From assembly GCA_046733815.1 (NCBI GenBank), contig JBKPPX010000296.1, positions 1-26,531 of the forward strand: DNA of 26,531 bases, in the 5' to 3' direction. This DNA is from Thermoproteota archaeon. GTDB lineage: Archaea > Thermoproteota > Nitrososphaeria > Nitrososphaerales > Nitrososphaeraceae. The position numbers and the translations under genes are program-made. Under the pieces are notes generated by a model. The model was not told the origin of the DNA, did not search any database, and saw only the letters and a program-made list of their open reading frames with translations. Below, piece after piece: positions 9,159-18,709 of this stretch (the stretch's first letter is position 1; every line of letters begins with the position of its first letter).

Positions 9159-9274
9159 ATGGTTTGGAACACTTTCCAAGATTATAATTGTTCCTATTTC
9201 TGAGCAATATATATGCAAAAAGTAGGCAGAGGATAATGACTTTTACTAACTTAGAATTCTAGGTTATAAAAAGC

Positions 9275-9667
9275 TTAAGCTTTGACTCTTGCAATTTTTA
9301 TTCTTTCCATAACCTTCCAATACTCTACCTCTCCTCCTTGCCTGATCTTGTCTCGGATTTCATCCTCGACTGAAGAGGTTTCAAAGACTTCGAATGTCTC
9401 AAGATCCATAATTTGAAGCGTCTGGTCAGAAACCGAAATTATTTGACCATTTCGTTTATCTATTAGAGGTACTTCTACATTCGCCGATACAGGAGATACA
9501 AGACTATGTCTTGATCCATCGAAAACTCCTATTGCTGCTACTCTTGCTTTTGCTGAACCGTGCTTTCCGGGTTTGCTATGGTCATATGAAACTATCCTGC
9601 AAGGCTCGCCATCTATCATAATATAAGAACCAACTTTAAGGCTGCCAAGATCCATTGGCCTGCTCAA
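9275..9667 (-). CDS. eif5a: Translation factor aIF-5A
   Basis: Hypusination motif SKPGKHGSAKAR; TTG start about 20 nt after a TATA-like AATATAAG. Confidence 0.98.
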   Translation of the reverse strand: MSRPMDLGSLKVGSYIMIDGEPCRIVSYDHSKPGKHGSAKARVAAIGVFDGSRHSLVSPVSANVEVPLIDKRNGQIISVSDQTLQIMDLETFEVFETSSVEDEIRDKIRQGGEVEYWKVMERIKIARVKA

Positions 9668-10091
9668 TATTTATCAGATTTTTAGGACTTATATTCATAT
9701 TTAGGTATATCTATTGCCACTAAAATAATTATAAGGATAGGATGTGCTAATAATTATTGTTTCTCGTATTGAACTCAGGTGAACAACTCACAATAAAATT
9801 TAAACCTTAGATTCGGATTTAACAAATTTAAATCGTAAATCTGTCTACTTTCGTATTTTAGCTTTACAAGGATTCGGATACAGCGCTACTTTGTAGGACT
9901 AACTCACAAGACTGATTAATAATTGGAATGTACTAACCATGCATTCCAAAGTATAATGAATATGATATAGTAATAAAGCTAGAAGTAATTGATCGTTACT
10001 AAGGTTAAAATATCCTATACATATTGATATTGATATAATACACAGGTAGACAGGATAGAGATATTTGAGTCTATTTTTGCGAGAATAGATT

Positions 10092-11153
10092 TTAACTGTC
10101 TTCGCGAACTATCTGAGGTGAGATTGCTTTGAATATAGCATAGATATGGTCGCCCATTTCGATACCGAGATCATTTCGAGCTTTTTCTGTAATCCTTGCT
10201 CTCAAGTGTAAATAGTCCGTCTGAAGGTATACATCTGTTAGACTAACTTGTCGTACCAATTTAATTACTTGAGCTCTTATAACATTGCGTGCGCTTGTTT
10301 TAACCGCATCTTTTGAGAGAAGTATATCCTCCGGTCTTAACAAAAGTCCAATTCTAGATCCAGCAGTATAATCACCTAATGTCTCAACAAAGTGTGAGCC
10401 TACTTCAATAATTGTAATACCACCTTTAGATTCTATTACTTTTCCTTCTATGTAATTGGCTCCTACAAATGTCTCTGATATAAAATGAGAAGAATGTGAT
10501 GAGAGGATTGCTTCTAACTTGCCTTTGTTCTCTATTTTACCGTGGCTTAATACCACTACTGAATCGGCAAGAGAATAGACCTCGTCCTCTAAGTGAGTTA
10601 CATATATCACCGGAACACCATATCTCCTGAGGACATGCCTAAACTCTATTCTCAATTTTCTCCTTGTAGGAGGATCTAGATGAGCCAAAGGCTCATCCAT
10701 CAATATGATCTTGGGCTGTATTGCAAGCATTCTTACCAATGAAACCTTTTGCATTTCACCTCCGCTAAGTCCTTGAATCTTCCTATCGCAAAGGTGAGAA
10801 ATCTCCATCTCGTCCAAGAGTTTTTTTATATAGAGCTTTTTTGCTTGCTCATCCCTTTTTTTGAGTCCGAAGATAATGTTCTCATAAACATTAAGATGCG
10901 GAAAGAGAAAAGGTGTCTGAAAAGAATATCCAACTCTTCTAGACTCTATAGCCAGACGCGTTATCTCTGAGCCGTCTAGTATAACAGATCCATTGTCCGG
11001 TCTTATGATTCCAGAAATGAGATTGAGAACCGTTGTTTTTCCACTTCCCGTTAACCCGACGATCACTAAGATTTCATCTTTGACCTTCAAATCTAAAGGT
11101 CCAAGGGTGAATCGTGGAAATCTTTTAGTCAGTCCGATGAGTTCTAACTCCAA
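10092..11153 (-). CDS. wtpC: Tungstate/molybdate ABC transporter ATPase with C-terminal TOBE domain
   Basis: GLTGSGKT, LSGGEMQ, LMDEP, YVTH; C-terminal KTSARNVI typical of Mo-binding TOBE domains. Confidence 0.88.
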   Translation of the reverse strand: MELELIGLTKRFPRFTLGPLDLKVKDEILVIVGLTGSGKTTVLNLISGIIRPDNGSVILDGSEITRLAIESRRVGYSFQTPFLFPHLNVYENIIFGLKKRDEQAKKLYIKKLLDEMEISHLCDRKIQGLSGGEMQKVSLVRMLAIQPKIILMDEPLAHLDPPTRRKLRIEFRHVLRRYGVPVIYVTHLEDEVYSLADSVVVLSHGKIENKGKLEAILSSHSSHFISETFVGANYIEGKVIESKGGITIIEVGSHFVETLGDYTAGSRIGLLLRPEDILLSKDAVKTSARNVIRAQVIKLVRQVSLTDVYLQTDYLHLRARITEKARNDLGIEMGDHIYAIFKAISPQIVREDS

Positions 11154-11158
11154 TCAGG

Positions 11159-11980
11159 TCACCAGAATGGTTTCAAATCTTCTTCTCTTCTCCTCAGAGT
11201 ATAAAAAATAACTAATGCAATTATGGATAGAACAATAACTAACAAAATGGCAGGAAGAGCGTTTGAAAGCCCTCCGACTGCATTGTCTTCAAAGACCTGA
11301 ATCGAAATAGTATGGGGGTTATAAGCCATCATCATAGTTGCTCCTAGCTCTCCCACAGACCTCACCCAAGCCATAATGAATCCTACAAGAATCCCTGTCT
11401 TAGCCAGGGGAAGCGTAACATGAAGGAATGTCTCCAGCCTATTCTTTCCTAGGATCCTCGCTACCTTTTCATATGACTCATCAACAGATTCGAATGATGC
11501 TTGACTTGGAAGAATCATGAAAGGAGAAGCAACATAGGTTTGTGCGATTATAATTCCAAGTATGGACTGAGTGAACTCCAGCGGAAAAGCTTTTCCTAAT
11601 ATTGAGTGAGGACCGAATACTCCTAAAAGTAGTGCTCCACTTGCAAGTGGAGGGAGAACGAGTGGGACGATGATTATTAGTCTTACCAGAAATTTACCCT
11701 TAAAATTAGTTCTCGCTAATGAGTATGCTAATGGTATTCCAAAAATTGCTATAAGAAGAGTTGAAATTGTTGCAGTGACCAAGCTAAGTAGAAAGGCGTT
11801 AGCCACTTCGGTTCTTAGCATGGATTCTAGAAACGTTGTAGGCTTCAGTAAAGTGAAGATATTGACAATAGGATATGATACATAAGCAACCATAGCTCCT
11901 GCCAATACTAAAAGTATCATGTCGAACCGGCTACGCTTTGATCTGCCAGAAGGATTATTTGTCAGAGTTGTATCCTTCAC
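11159..11980 (-). CDS. wtpB: Tungstate/molybdate ABC transporter permease
   Basis: Multiple TM segments, PLVLPP, EAA-like loop (SVDESYEKVARILG), WVRSVGELGAT; GTGA overlap with wtpA. Confidence 0.9.
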   Translation of the reverse strand: MKDTTLTNNPSGRSKRSRFDMILLVLAGAMVAYVSYPIVNIFTLLKPTTFLESMLRTEVANAFLLSLVTATISTLLIAIFGIPLAYSLARTNFKGKFLVRLIIIVPLVLPPLASGALLLGVFGPHSILGKAFPLEFTQSILGIIIAQTYVASPFMILPSQASFESVDESYEKVARILGKNRLETFLHVTLPLAKTGILVGFIMAWVRSVGELGATMMMAYNPHTISIQVFEDNAVGGLSNALPAILLVIVLSIIALVIFYTLRRREEDLKPFW

Positions 11981-12978
11981 TTCTGATCTCCAGCAACAAC
12001 AGATTTAATGACAAGAGGGATTTTTTCAAAATCTTCCTCTATACTAGCTTTGATCGGATTTAATCCATCGTTTTTAAGTAGACGTTGTCCTTCCTCAGAC
12101 AGTAGCAATTTAACAAAAGTTATAGATCCATCAATGTTTCTGCTTGTCTTCGATATCGTATAAGAGAATAAGACTGGCTCCCCAAAGATTGTCTGACCGC
12201 TCAGAAGGCTGTAGAAGGCTTGTCTATAAAAGTTGGAGAATGTGGCATTGCTAAGGTTTATTTCTTGTGGCAGCGTTATATAAAGAAGTCCTCGTGAAAC
12301 AGCTTTATGTTTATAAGAAGCAGCGGCATCTATCTGACCTGACTCCAATGCGGTCTTGAGTGCCTCTTGCGGGAAGACCTGATCGGGATTCCTGTCGTCA
12401 TCCAGAATTCTTTCTTTAATATTCTGATTACTGTAATATAGGTTAGCGAGCTTGGTAGTTATGATCGTGTAGTATCCCATTGGATCCAGCTCCGGATCAT
12501 TTCTTCCAAATCTAAAGCGACCATTAGAGAGAACTTCGTACCACGGAAGCTGACCATTCCTAGCTTTTTCTAAATTATTAAAGAAGGCGCTATTAGGCGT
12601 GTAAGCGATAACTATCTCAGCTAAAGCAAACTTCACTAGCCATTGAGCCAGAGCAGAATTGTGATGAATTAACTTCAGAATAGGGATCGTCCCTATACTT
12701 ATGAATACATCCGGCCTTCGTTGTTCGTCTATTATCATATTTGCTATTTGTAACGAACCCCTACCTTCACCAAGGTAGCCGTAACCAGTGTCTTTTTGGA
12801 ACGCTGGACCCAGCACGCTCTCAAATGTCTTTACTAGAGAGCCAGCATACATTACGAAAACCTTTCTCCGATTGAGTTCATGTAGGTCAGCTTCAACTAG
12901 GAACCATGTACTAATAGCTAAGGATATTGCAGGTACTGTCAATAGTACAATAGCAGACTGTTTCTTGAGCCGAATCAA
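11977..12978 (-). CDS. wtpA: Tungstate/molybdate ABC substrate-binding protein (WtpA/archaeal ModA type)
   Basis: N-terminal anchor, YAGSL, EGRGS, DPELDPMGY, PQE...LESG.ID and ITLP.EINLS motifs. Confidence 0.88.
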   Translation of the reverse strand: MIRLKKQSAIVLLTVPAISLAISTWFLVEADLHELNRRKVFVMYAGSLVKTFESVLGPAFQKDTGYGYLGEGRGSLQIANMIIDEQRRPDVFISIGTIPILKLIHHNSALAQWLVKFALAEIVIAYTPNSAFFNNLEKARNGQLPWYEVLSNGRFRFGRNDPELDPMGYYTIITTKLANLYYSNQNIKERILDDDRNPDQVFPQEALKTALESGQIDAAASYKHKAVSRGLLYITLPQEINLSNATFSNFYRQAFYSLLSGQTIFGEPVLFSYTISKTSRNIDGSITFVKLLLSEEGQRLLKNDGLNPIKASIEEDFEKIPLVIKSVVAGDQK

Positions 12979-13248
12979 TATTGGTGTAACCTCTGCTATT
13001 TTTAAATAGTGCTAACATGTCATATTACCTGCCTGAGCACTGCACCGTCTTGAACTATGATGTTTGCAATATCTCTCTTATCGATGATATCAAAGATGCT
13101 TACCACGCTACCAGTCATTTTTAAGAGCAATATTTATCAGCTTTTATTTTAATATTCAATGCAGTTTTCCTACCGCTTTGATCTGAAATATTACCTAGCT
13201 GAAGTATAAGACAGGCAAGAAATATCGAATACATATTTGCAATGCTAA

Positions 13249-13851
13249 TTACTTTAATTTTTCTAATATAGAAAAGCTCATCAGATTATTTAGAGAAATT
13301 CCCTTTCTAGCCACGTCCCGTCTGGTTCTTTCACAATATTTTTTGTCGCTCTGGTGTGTTTTTTGTCCTTCTATTTCAAGCACTATAACATTCTTTGAGT
13401 AAGGAAAAGTAAACTTTAATTGCTCTGTTGTTAAAATTCGAATATTTGCTAAACTTGCTCTTTGTACGCGCTCGCTTTTAATTATTACGTCTGCAACATC
13501 TGATATCTCCATTCCACTGTAACTGTATTTCGTAAAATATATCGAAATATAGTTCAGCTTTTTGCCGCAACGCTCAAATAAAGCACTATCTAGTGTGAAA
13601 ATGAAAGATAAGCTATCCGTATTTTGCTTTCTAATGTCTTCTAAAACAATCTGCATATTTGTAAACGATGCAAGGATATAATGATATGCCCTCTTTGGAA
13701 AATATGGAATAGTTTCATCAGAGAATGTTGCTGTGACAAAATAAATTTCAAAAATATTGCTATTTTCTCTCCACTGATCTATTAAGGAGCCGTATCTTTT
13801 TTCATGTGGTGTACACACATATCCCAGCACGGCTCCGACCGCCGCAGCCAA
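13249..13851 (-). CDS. Hypothetical protein
   Basis: 200-aa TTG-start ORF with globular alpha/beta composition. Confidence 0.75.
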   Translation of the reverse strand: MAAAVGAVLGYVCTPHEKRYGSLIDQWRENSNIFEIYFVTATFSDETIPYFPKRAYHYILASFTNMQIVLEDIRKQNTDSLSFIFTLDSALFERCGKKLNYISIYFTKYSYSGMEISDVADVIIKSERVQRASLANIRILTTEQLKFTFPYSKNVIVLEIEGQKTHQSDKKYCERTRRDVARKGISLNNLMSFSILEKLK

Positions 13852-14428
13852 CCCGATTTCCTTTGTTTTGCTAACGTATATATATTATGAATCGACTGAA
13901 AATTTTTTTGAAACATTTTAGTGGTAATGATGATTATCTTGAGCATGTGTCGAAGTTAGTTTTTAATTTGCCACGATTGCCAACTGTTATGCATGATTTA
14001 TTATAACAAGTTGTATATCACATTATCGATCAAGCAGATCAGAACAAGTGCTGCATATTAGAACATACATGTAAGTAAAATCAACTAACATTGAAAGCCA
14101 CAAGAATTCCGGTTCATTTGGCAGAATGATAATTATACCTGGATTTTAATTTTTTTATGATCACAATAATTTCAAGTTAAGCTAATACTTCTTTTCTTTC
14201 TATCAGAGATAATACCAAGTGTAGGTAGGCTTCACCGCTTTTCATGATCATAACATGAAAAGAAGATGTAAAGTAAAAGATAAGGATTTTTATCCACATT
14301 TTCTTTCGGACGTGTATAAATCATGTATTTACTTTTTCGTGGAGAATTTAGACTATAGACTATCTCTAATATTTCTTCAGATTAGAAGATGTTCATAAGC
14401 ATTATGCGGACGGTATTTGAATAAGAAA

Positions 14429-15325
14429 TTACAGCCGCACTTTATAATCAAATGCTTTTGTACTATCGGCTGTATGCCACTTTGCCGATCCCGCTTCTTT
14501 TATTTTAAATTTGTAATAGGGAAGTGTTGCGTAGCAAATCATAACACACAAACCCCCGATCGGATCATGAATATAATTGCGCACTGCTTCAATAAGAGCA
14601 ATTTTTAAAGGAAGATTAATCTTGAATTTGGAATAATAAGCATGAATCTGCTTGTGGCCAAGAGCTGCCCTAATAACCTGTGAAGCAAAGTCAAGTAGCT
14701 TGTTCGCAGGTAGAAAATAAATTAATGCACTATCATTATAAACGATGTTTAAGCCAAATTCAAGGATCTTACACTGAAGGTATAGATCTATAGCGATTAC
14801 GTTCTTCGGAATAATTATTTTTTTCGCAACTTCCGAAGTCACTGAAAGTGCTCTTCCCATGACAGTATATTGTGATATACCGTGTTTCCTAACTGAACGA
14901 ATCCAATATGCTATGAATGAAGATGCCTTCCCAGATATACCCTTAACTTGAGTAGGTTGAGGATTAGAGGCGCAAAGACCTATTCCATTTTTTAGACAGG
15001 AGACAAGTTGTGCTGTGGTATATTTATCGATAACAATATCAGCATCATATAATACAATGACATCTCCAGTCGATGCATGAAAGATCTCATTCCAAGCTGC
15101 TGCAGCTCCTCTTCTTTTATCGTGATGCATCAAATTGATTGTAATGTGCGAATTTTTCTTGGCAAAGTTTTGGACGAGTTCTGGTGTACTATCAGTCGAA
15201 TCATCTGATATTATAATCTCTGCAATTAAATAGTCTTTTGAAGGTCGAGCAACCAGAGAATCTAAAAGGCTGATTATATTCCGTTCCTCGTTGTATGAAG
15301 GTATACCAATTGTTACGCTCTTCAT
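14429..15325 (-). CDS. Glycosyltransferase family 2
   Basis: VTIGIPSYNEE, IISDD.STD, RRGAAAAWN, VLYDAD (DxD). Confidence 0.93.
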   Translation of the reverse strand: MKSVTIGIPSYNEERNIISLLDSLVARPSKDYLIAEIIISDDSTDSTPELVQNFAKKNSHITINLMHHDKRRGAAAAWNEIFHASTGDVIVLYDADIVIDKYTTAQLVSCLKNGIGLCASNPQPTQVKGISGKASSFIAYWIRSVRKHGISQYTVMGRALSVTSEVAKKIIIPKNVIAIDLYLQCKILEFGLNIVYNDSALIYFLPANKLLDFASQVIRAALGHKQIHAYYSKFKINLPLKIALIEAVRNYIHDPIGGLCVMICYATLPYYKFKIKEAGSAKWHTADSTKAFDYKVRL

Positions 15326-16038
15326 GCGTTAGATCAAGGATTTCATTCTGTACATATGTATTTTATGTCTTAGCATAATCAATGAACTAATGACATATCT
15401 TTTTAATTGACTGATAGTCGTGTTTTCAGATATCTTTAGTAATTTGTTTTGTATGAATGTATGTAGGCCAAAGGTTTTAGCAAATAAGTTAAAGTCAGTA
15501 GCTGTCCATCTTCTGTTTCAAAACACTCTATAAGCAAGACCATGAAAACATGTCTCTTGACGGCAACACCGAATAAGCGTTATTGTTTCTGTAGAAATAT
15601 CGTCAATAGCAAGATTAGTAGTCTCTCAATTCAGAGGATGCCAAATGAGTCTCATTTTCAGAGCCTTATAAGACGTTCTTTGTTTATCGGCCTGATCATA
15701 GACAAATTACAGAGCATTTTACAGTGTGGAATAAAAGTGTATAGCGACCATTCTTTTCATATACCGTTTGTAATATACTATTGTAATTAATCCATTGACT
15801 TTTCGAAAGTATTTTTAATGATATATCAAAAAAGATATCTTACATTCTTTATAATTGATATAACAAGATATATAGAACAAACAAACGATTAATGAACCAG
15901 AAAACCAATTGGATCCTAAATTTTAAGGTAGTGTCCGTTGGCAAAATAGCAGGTTAAAAATTTGAAATATTGTATTTTAATACAGTACGACACGCGCTAA
16001 GCATTCATATTCCTGCAAAGATATAATAGCCGATATCT

Positions 16039-17010
16039 GTGCAGACATATAGCGTCGATCCTGATACCATTTATCATAGAGCTTGTAGTGAAGTAAGATT
16101 ACTTAAGAAGGACATGATTTTTCCCATTTTTATTCAGGAGCATGGAACAAAGCTTCAGCACGTCAATATGATGCCTGGTACGACAACAATGCCTTTATCG
16201 GAAACCATCAACCAAGTACAGAAGGTGTTGGATGCTGGAATTTCATCAATAATTATTTTTGGTATTCCTACTAAGCGCGACCATACTGGTTGTCATGCTT
16301 CAGATAAAAATGGAATAGTACAGCGAGCATTGCAACTAATCAAGAACAAATTTGGAAACTTAATCAATGTGACTACTGATGTATGTCTATGCCAGTATAA
16401 TTTCTCTGGTCATTGCGGTGTTTTGTTTGATAATGGTAAAATAGACAACGACTCTACATTACGACTTCTCTCTGAGATCGCTCTGAGTCACGCACAGGCA
16501 GGAGCCGATATAGTTGCACCCTCTTCAATGATGGATGGTCAAGTGCTTTCAATAAGAAAATCACTTGATAAATACGGTTTTACAAAGACTAGAATTTTAT
16601 CTTTTTCAGCGAAATTTCATTCATCACTTTACGGACCTTTCCGATCTGCCATCTTCTCAAAAAAATGTAATTATAAGAAACTAGATAAATCCTCTTACCA
16701 AATAGCATATACAAATCAACAAGAGACAATGAGGGAAATCCAAAATGACATTAAAGAGGGAGCGGACATGGTTATGATAAAACCTGCAATGGCGTACTTG
16801 GATATTATTTATATGATAAAAGAAAAATTGAAATTTCCTCTTGCTGTTCAGAATGTCTCGGGTGAATATGCTATGGTAAAGGCTGCATCCAGAAGAGAAT
16901 GGATAGAGGAAGAGAATGTCAAAATTAACTCTATTGTATCGATGAAAAGAGCCGGAGCAGACAAAATTATATCGTACTTTGCTATGGATATAGCAAGATA
17001 TTTAGAATGA
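16039..17010 (+). CDS. hemB: Porphobilinogen synthase (Zn-type ALA dehydratase), atypical N-terminus
   Basis: DVCLCQY...GHCG, APSSMMDGQV, AKFHSSLYGPFR, KSSYQ, MIKP, QNVSGEYAM. Confidence 0.95.
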   Translation: MQTYSVDPDTIYHRACSEVRLLKKDMIFPIFIQEHGTKLQHVNMMPGTTTMPLSETINQVQKVLDAGISSIIIFGIPTKRDHTGCHASDKNGIVQRALQLIKNKFGNLINVTTDVCLCQYNFSGHCGVLFDNGKIDNDSTLRLLSEIALSHAQAGADIVAPSSMMDGQVLSIRKSLDKYGFTKTRILSFSAKFHSSLYGPFRSAIFSKKCNYKKLDKSSYQIAYTNQQETMREIQNDIKEGADMVMIKPAMAYLDIIYMIKEKLKFPLAVQNVSGEYAMVKAASRREWIEEENVKINSIVSMKRAGADKIISYFAMDIARYLE

Positions 17011-17023
17011 TTCCCAGTCACGA

Positions 17024-17031
17024 TTATATAT
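17024..17031 (+). promoter_or_regulatory. TATA box of tRNA-Tyr
   Basis: TTATATAT ending 23 nt before the tRNA 5' end. Confidence 0.6.
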
Positions 17032-17054
17032 CATTCCTACAACAATCGAACTGT

Positions 17055-17223
17055 CCCGCGGTAGCTCAGCCTGGTAGAGCTTTCGGCTGTAGATGTCGGC
17101 TTACTCTCTCATTAGCTGACCACGAGAATCAGCCTATTGGGCGTACAACTTGCAGTAACCGAAGAGTCGCAGGCTCAAACAAACATAGTTAAAACTATGT
17201 TGGAGTAGATCCTGCCCGCGGGA
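17055..17223 (+). tRNA. tRNA-Tyr(GTA) with two introns (17093-17157 at 37/38; 17179-17208 at 58/59)
   Basis: Exons 17055-17092, 17158-17178 and 17209-17223 join into a 74-nt cloverleaf. Acceptor CCCGCGG/CCGCGGG (C1:G72, A73), D-arm GCTC/GAGC, anticodon stem TTCGG/CCGAA, T-stem GCAGG/CCTGC. BHB central helices CUGU/GCAG and GCUC/GAGU. Confidence 0.95.
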
Positions 17224-17286
17224 TACAATTTAGTTCCAGATTTATTAGTTATTATATATGAATATCAGATATACAACAGTTAAAGT

Positions 17287-18681
17287 ATGTCAAATACAAT
17301 AGAAACAATTAATCCAGCAAGCGGCAAAGTAATTGCGACTTACAATAGCATGAGTGTCGAAGAAGTCAATCAAAAAACTAAAAATGCTAGGAATTCTTTT
17401 GAAAATTGGAAAAAGCTGGATATCTCAGAACGATGCACATATATGCGACGCCTTGGGAGAGTCATGAAAAAAAACAAAGAAGATTATTCAAAATTAATCA
17501 CAGAGGAAATGGGTAAACCAATAAGACAGTCACTGGCTGAGATAGAAAAGTGTGCATGGGTTTGCGATTATTACTCAGAACACGCAGAATCTTTTTTAAG
17601 AGATGAATTGATTCCAACAGAGTTTAGAAAAAGTTTTGTGTCTTTTGAACCACTCGGAGTTATTGCCTGCATTATGCCATGGAATTTTCCTTTCTGGCAA
17701 GTAATGCGTTTTGCTGTTCCCGCATTAACAGCAGGAAATGTAGGAATACTTAAGCATTCAAGCATATGTCTAGGAACAGCCATCCAAATAGAACAGGCAT
17801 TTAAAGACGCAGGATTTCCTGAGAATACTTTTCAATCCATAATTGGAGATTATAGAGCAGGAGAAGCCCTAATACAGTCAGATATAGATGCTGTATCAGT
17901 CACCGGCAGTGTTAACACCGGAAAGAGAGTGGCAGAACTCGCAACGAAGGACTTAAAAAAGTTTGTTTTGGAACTTGGTGGAAGTGATCCATTTATAGTT
18001 CTTGAAGACGCAGATTTAAGTCAAACAGCTCATATGGCGGCTCAATCTAGACTTCTGAACAATGGTCAAAGTTGCATCGCTGCAAAAAGATTTATCGTCG
18101 TAAAAGATGTAGCAGACAAGTTTACTAAACTTTTTGTCGAAGAAACGGAATCAGAGGTGGTTGGAGAGCCAATGGATTCAAAGACGACCGTAGGACCTTT
18201 AGTTCGGGATAACCAAAGAGAGGCACTTGCAAAGCAGGTGGATGATGCCAAAGCTAAAGGCGCATCAATTTTAACCGGAGGAAATTCAATCAAGAGAGAT
18301 GGTTATTTTTACGAACCGACCATAGTATCTCGCGTAGACCATAGTATGATGATTATACGAGAAGAAGTATTTGGTCCTGCGGCGCCTATCCTTGTTGTGA
18401 ACGACGAAGAAGAAGCCATCAGGGAAGCGAACAACTCAGAATTTGGATTAGGGGCCAGCATATGGACAAATAATATTGAAAGAGGTATCCGTCTTGCAAG
18501 AAGAGTTCAGAGCGGCATAGTCTCTGTAAATGAGATGGTACGATCTGATCCACGACTTCCTTTTGGTGGAATAAAACATTCTGGTATAGGACGAGAACTG
18601 TCTGAAGTAGGCATTAAGGAGTTTGTTAATGTAAAGTCTGTAGTAGTAAAAGACATCACTAGCAAATTACTCGTAGAATAA
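17287..18681 (+). CDS. gabD: NAD(P)-dependent aldehyde dehydrogenase, succinate-semialdehyde dehydrogenase type
   Basis: IMPWNFP, ILKHS, VTGS, ELGGSDP, NNGQSCIAAKR, EEVFGP, PFGGIKHSG; TTATATAT about 27 nt upstream. Confidence 0.9.
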   Translation: MSNTIETINPASGKVIATYNSMSVEEVNQKTKNARNSFENWKKLDISERCTYMRRLGRVMKKNKEDYSKLITEEMGKPIRQSLAEIEKCAWVCDYYSEHAESFLRDELIPTEFRKSFVSFEPLGVIACIMPWNFPFWQVMRFAVPALTAGNVGILKHSSICLGTAIQIEQAFKDAGFPENTFQSIIGDYRAGEALIQSDIDAVSVTGSVNTGKRVAELATKDLKKFVLELGGSDPFIVLEDADLSQTAHMAAQSRLLNNGQSCIAAKRFIVVKDVADKFTKLFVEETESEVVGEPMDSKTTVGPLVRDNQREALAKQVDDAKAKGASILTGGNSIKRDGYFYEPTIVSRVDHSMMIIREEVFGPAAPILVVNDEEEAIREANNSEFGLGASIWTNNIERGIRLARRVQSGIVSVNEMVRSDPRLPFGGIKHSGIGRELSEVGIKEFVNVKSVVVKDITSKLLVE

Positions 18682-18699
18682 TTCTTTCTTTTCTTTTTT
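18682..18699 (+). terminator. Oligo-T/pyrimidine tract after the aldehyde dehydrogenase
   Basis: T-rich pyrimidine run directly after the stop codon, like an archaeal intrinsic terminator. Confidence 0.45.
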
Positions 18700-18709
18700 A
18701 TGATTTTTC

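Noticed and set aside
9808-9842. Hairpin GATTTAA/TTAAATC with a flanking AGATT/AATCT stem
   Set aside because: AT-only stems of this length are expected by chance here
13013-13111. 32-codon minus-strand ORF upstream of wtpA (MTGSVVSIFD...)
   Set aside because: Too short, with no recognisable family
13921-13975. ATGATGA inside a GTGGTAA/TTGCCAC stem (second C/D sRNA?)
   Set aside because: No D or D' box
15330-15800. Possible degraded glycosyltransferase upstream of GT2 (minus-strand VLPSR and MVLLIE fragments); ORF 15542-15790
   Set aside because: The fragments are in different frames with many stops, and the similarity is too weak to call without a search
17092-17101. GATGTCGGCT at the tRNA intron start is identical to the 23S segment hit by the sRNA D' guide
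   Set aside because: Only about 8 bp could pair with the guide, which is too short; a 10-mer match can be chance
17007-17192. 61-aa ORF after hemB
   Set aside because: It overlaps the tRNA-Tyr gene
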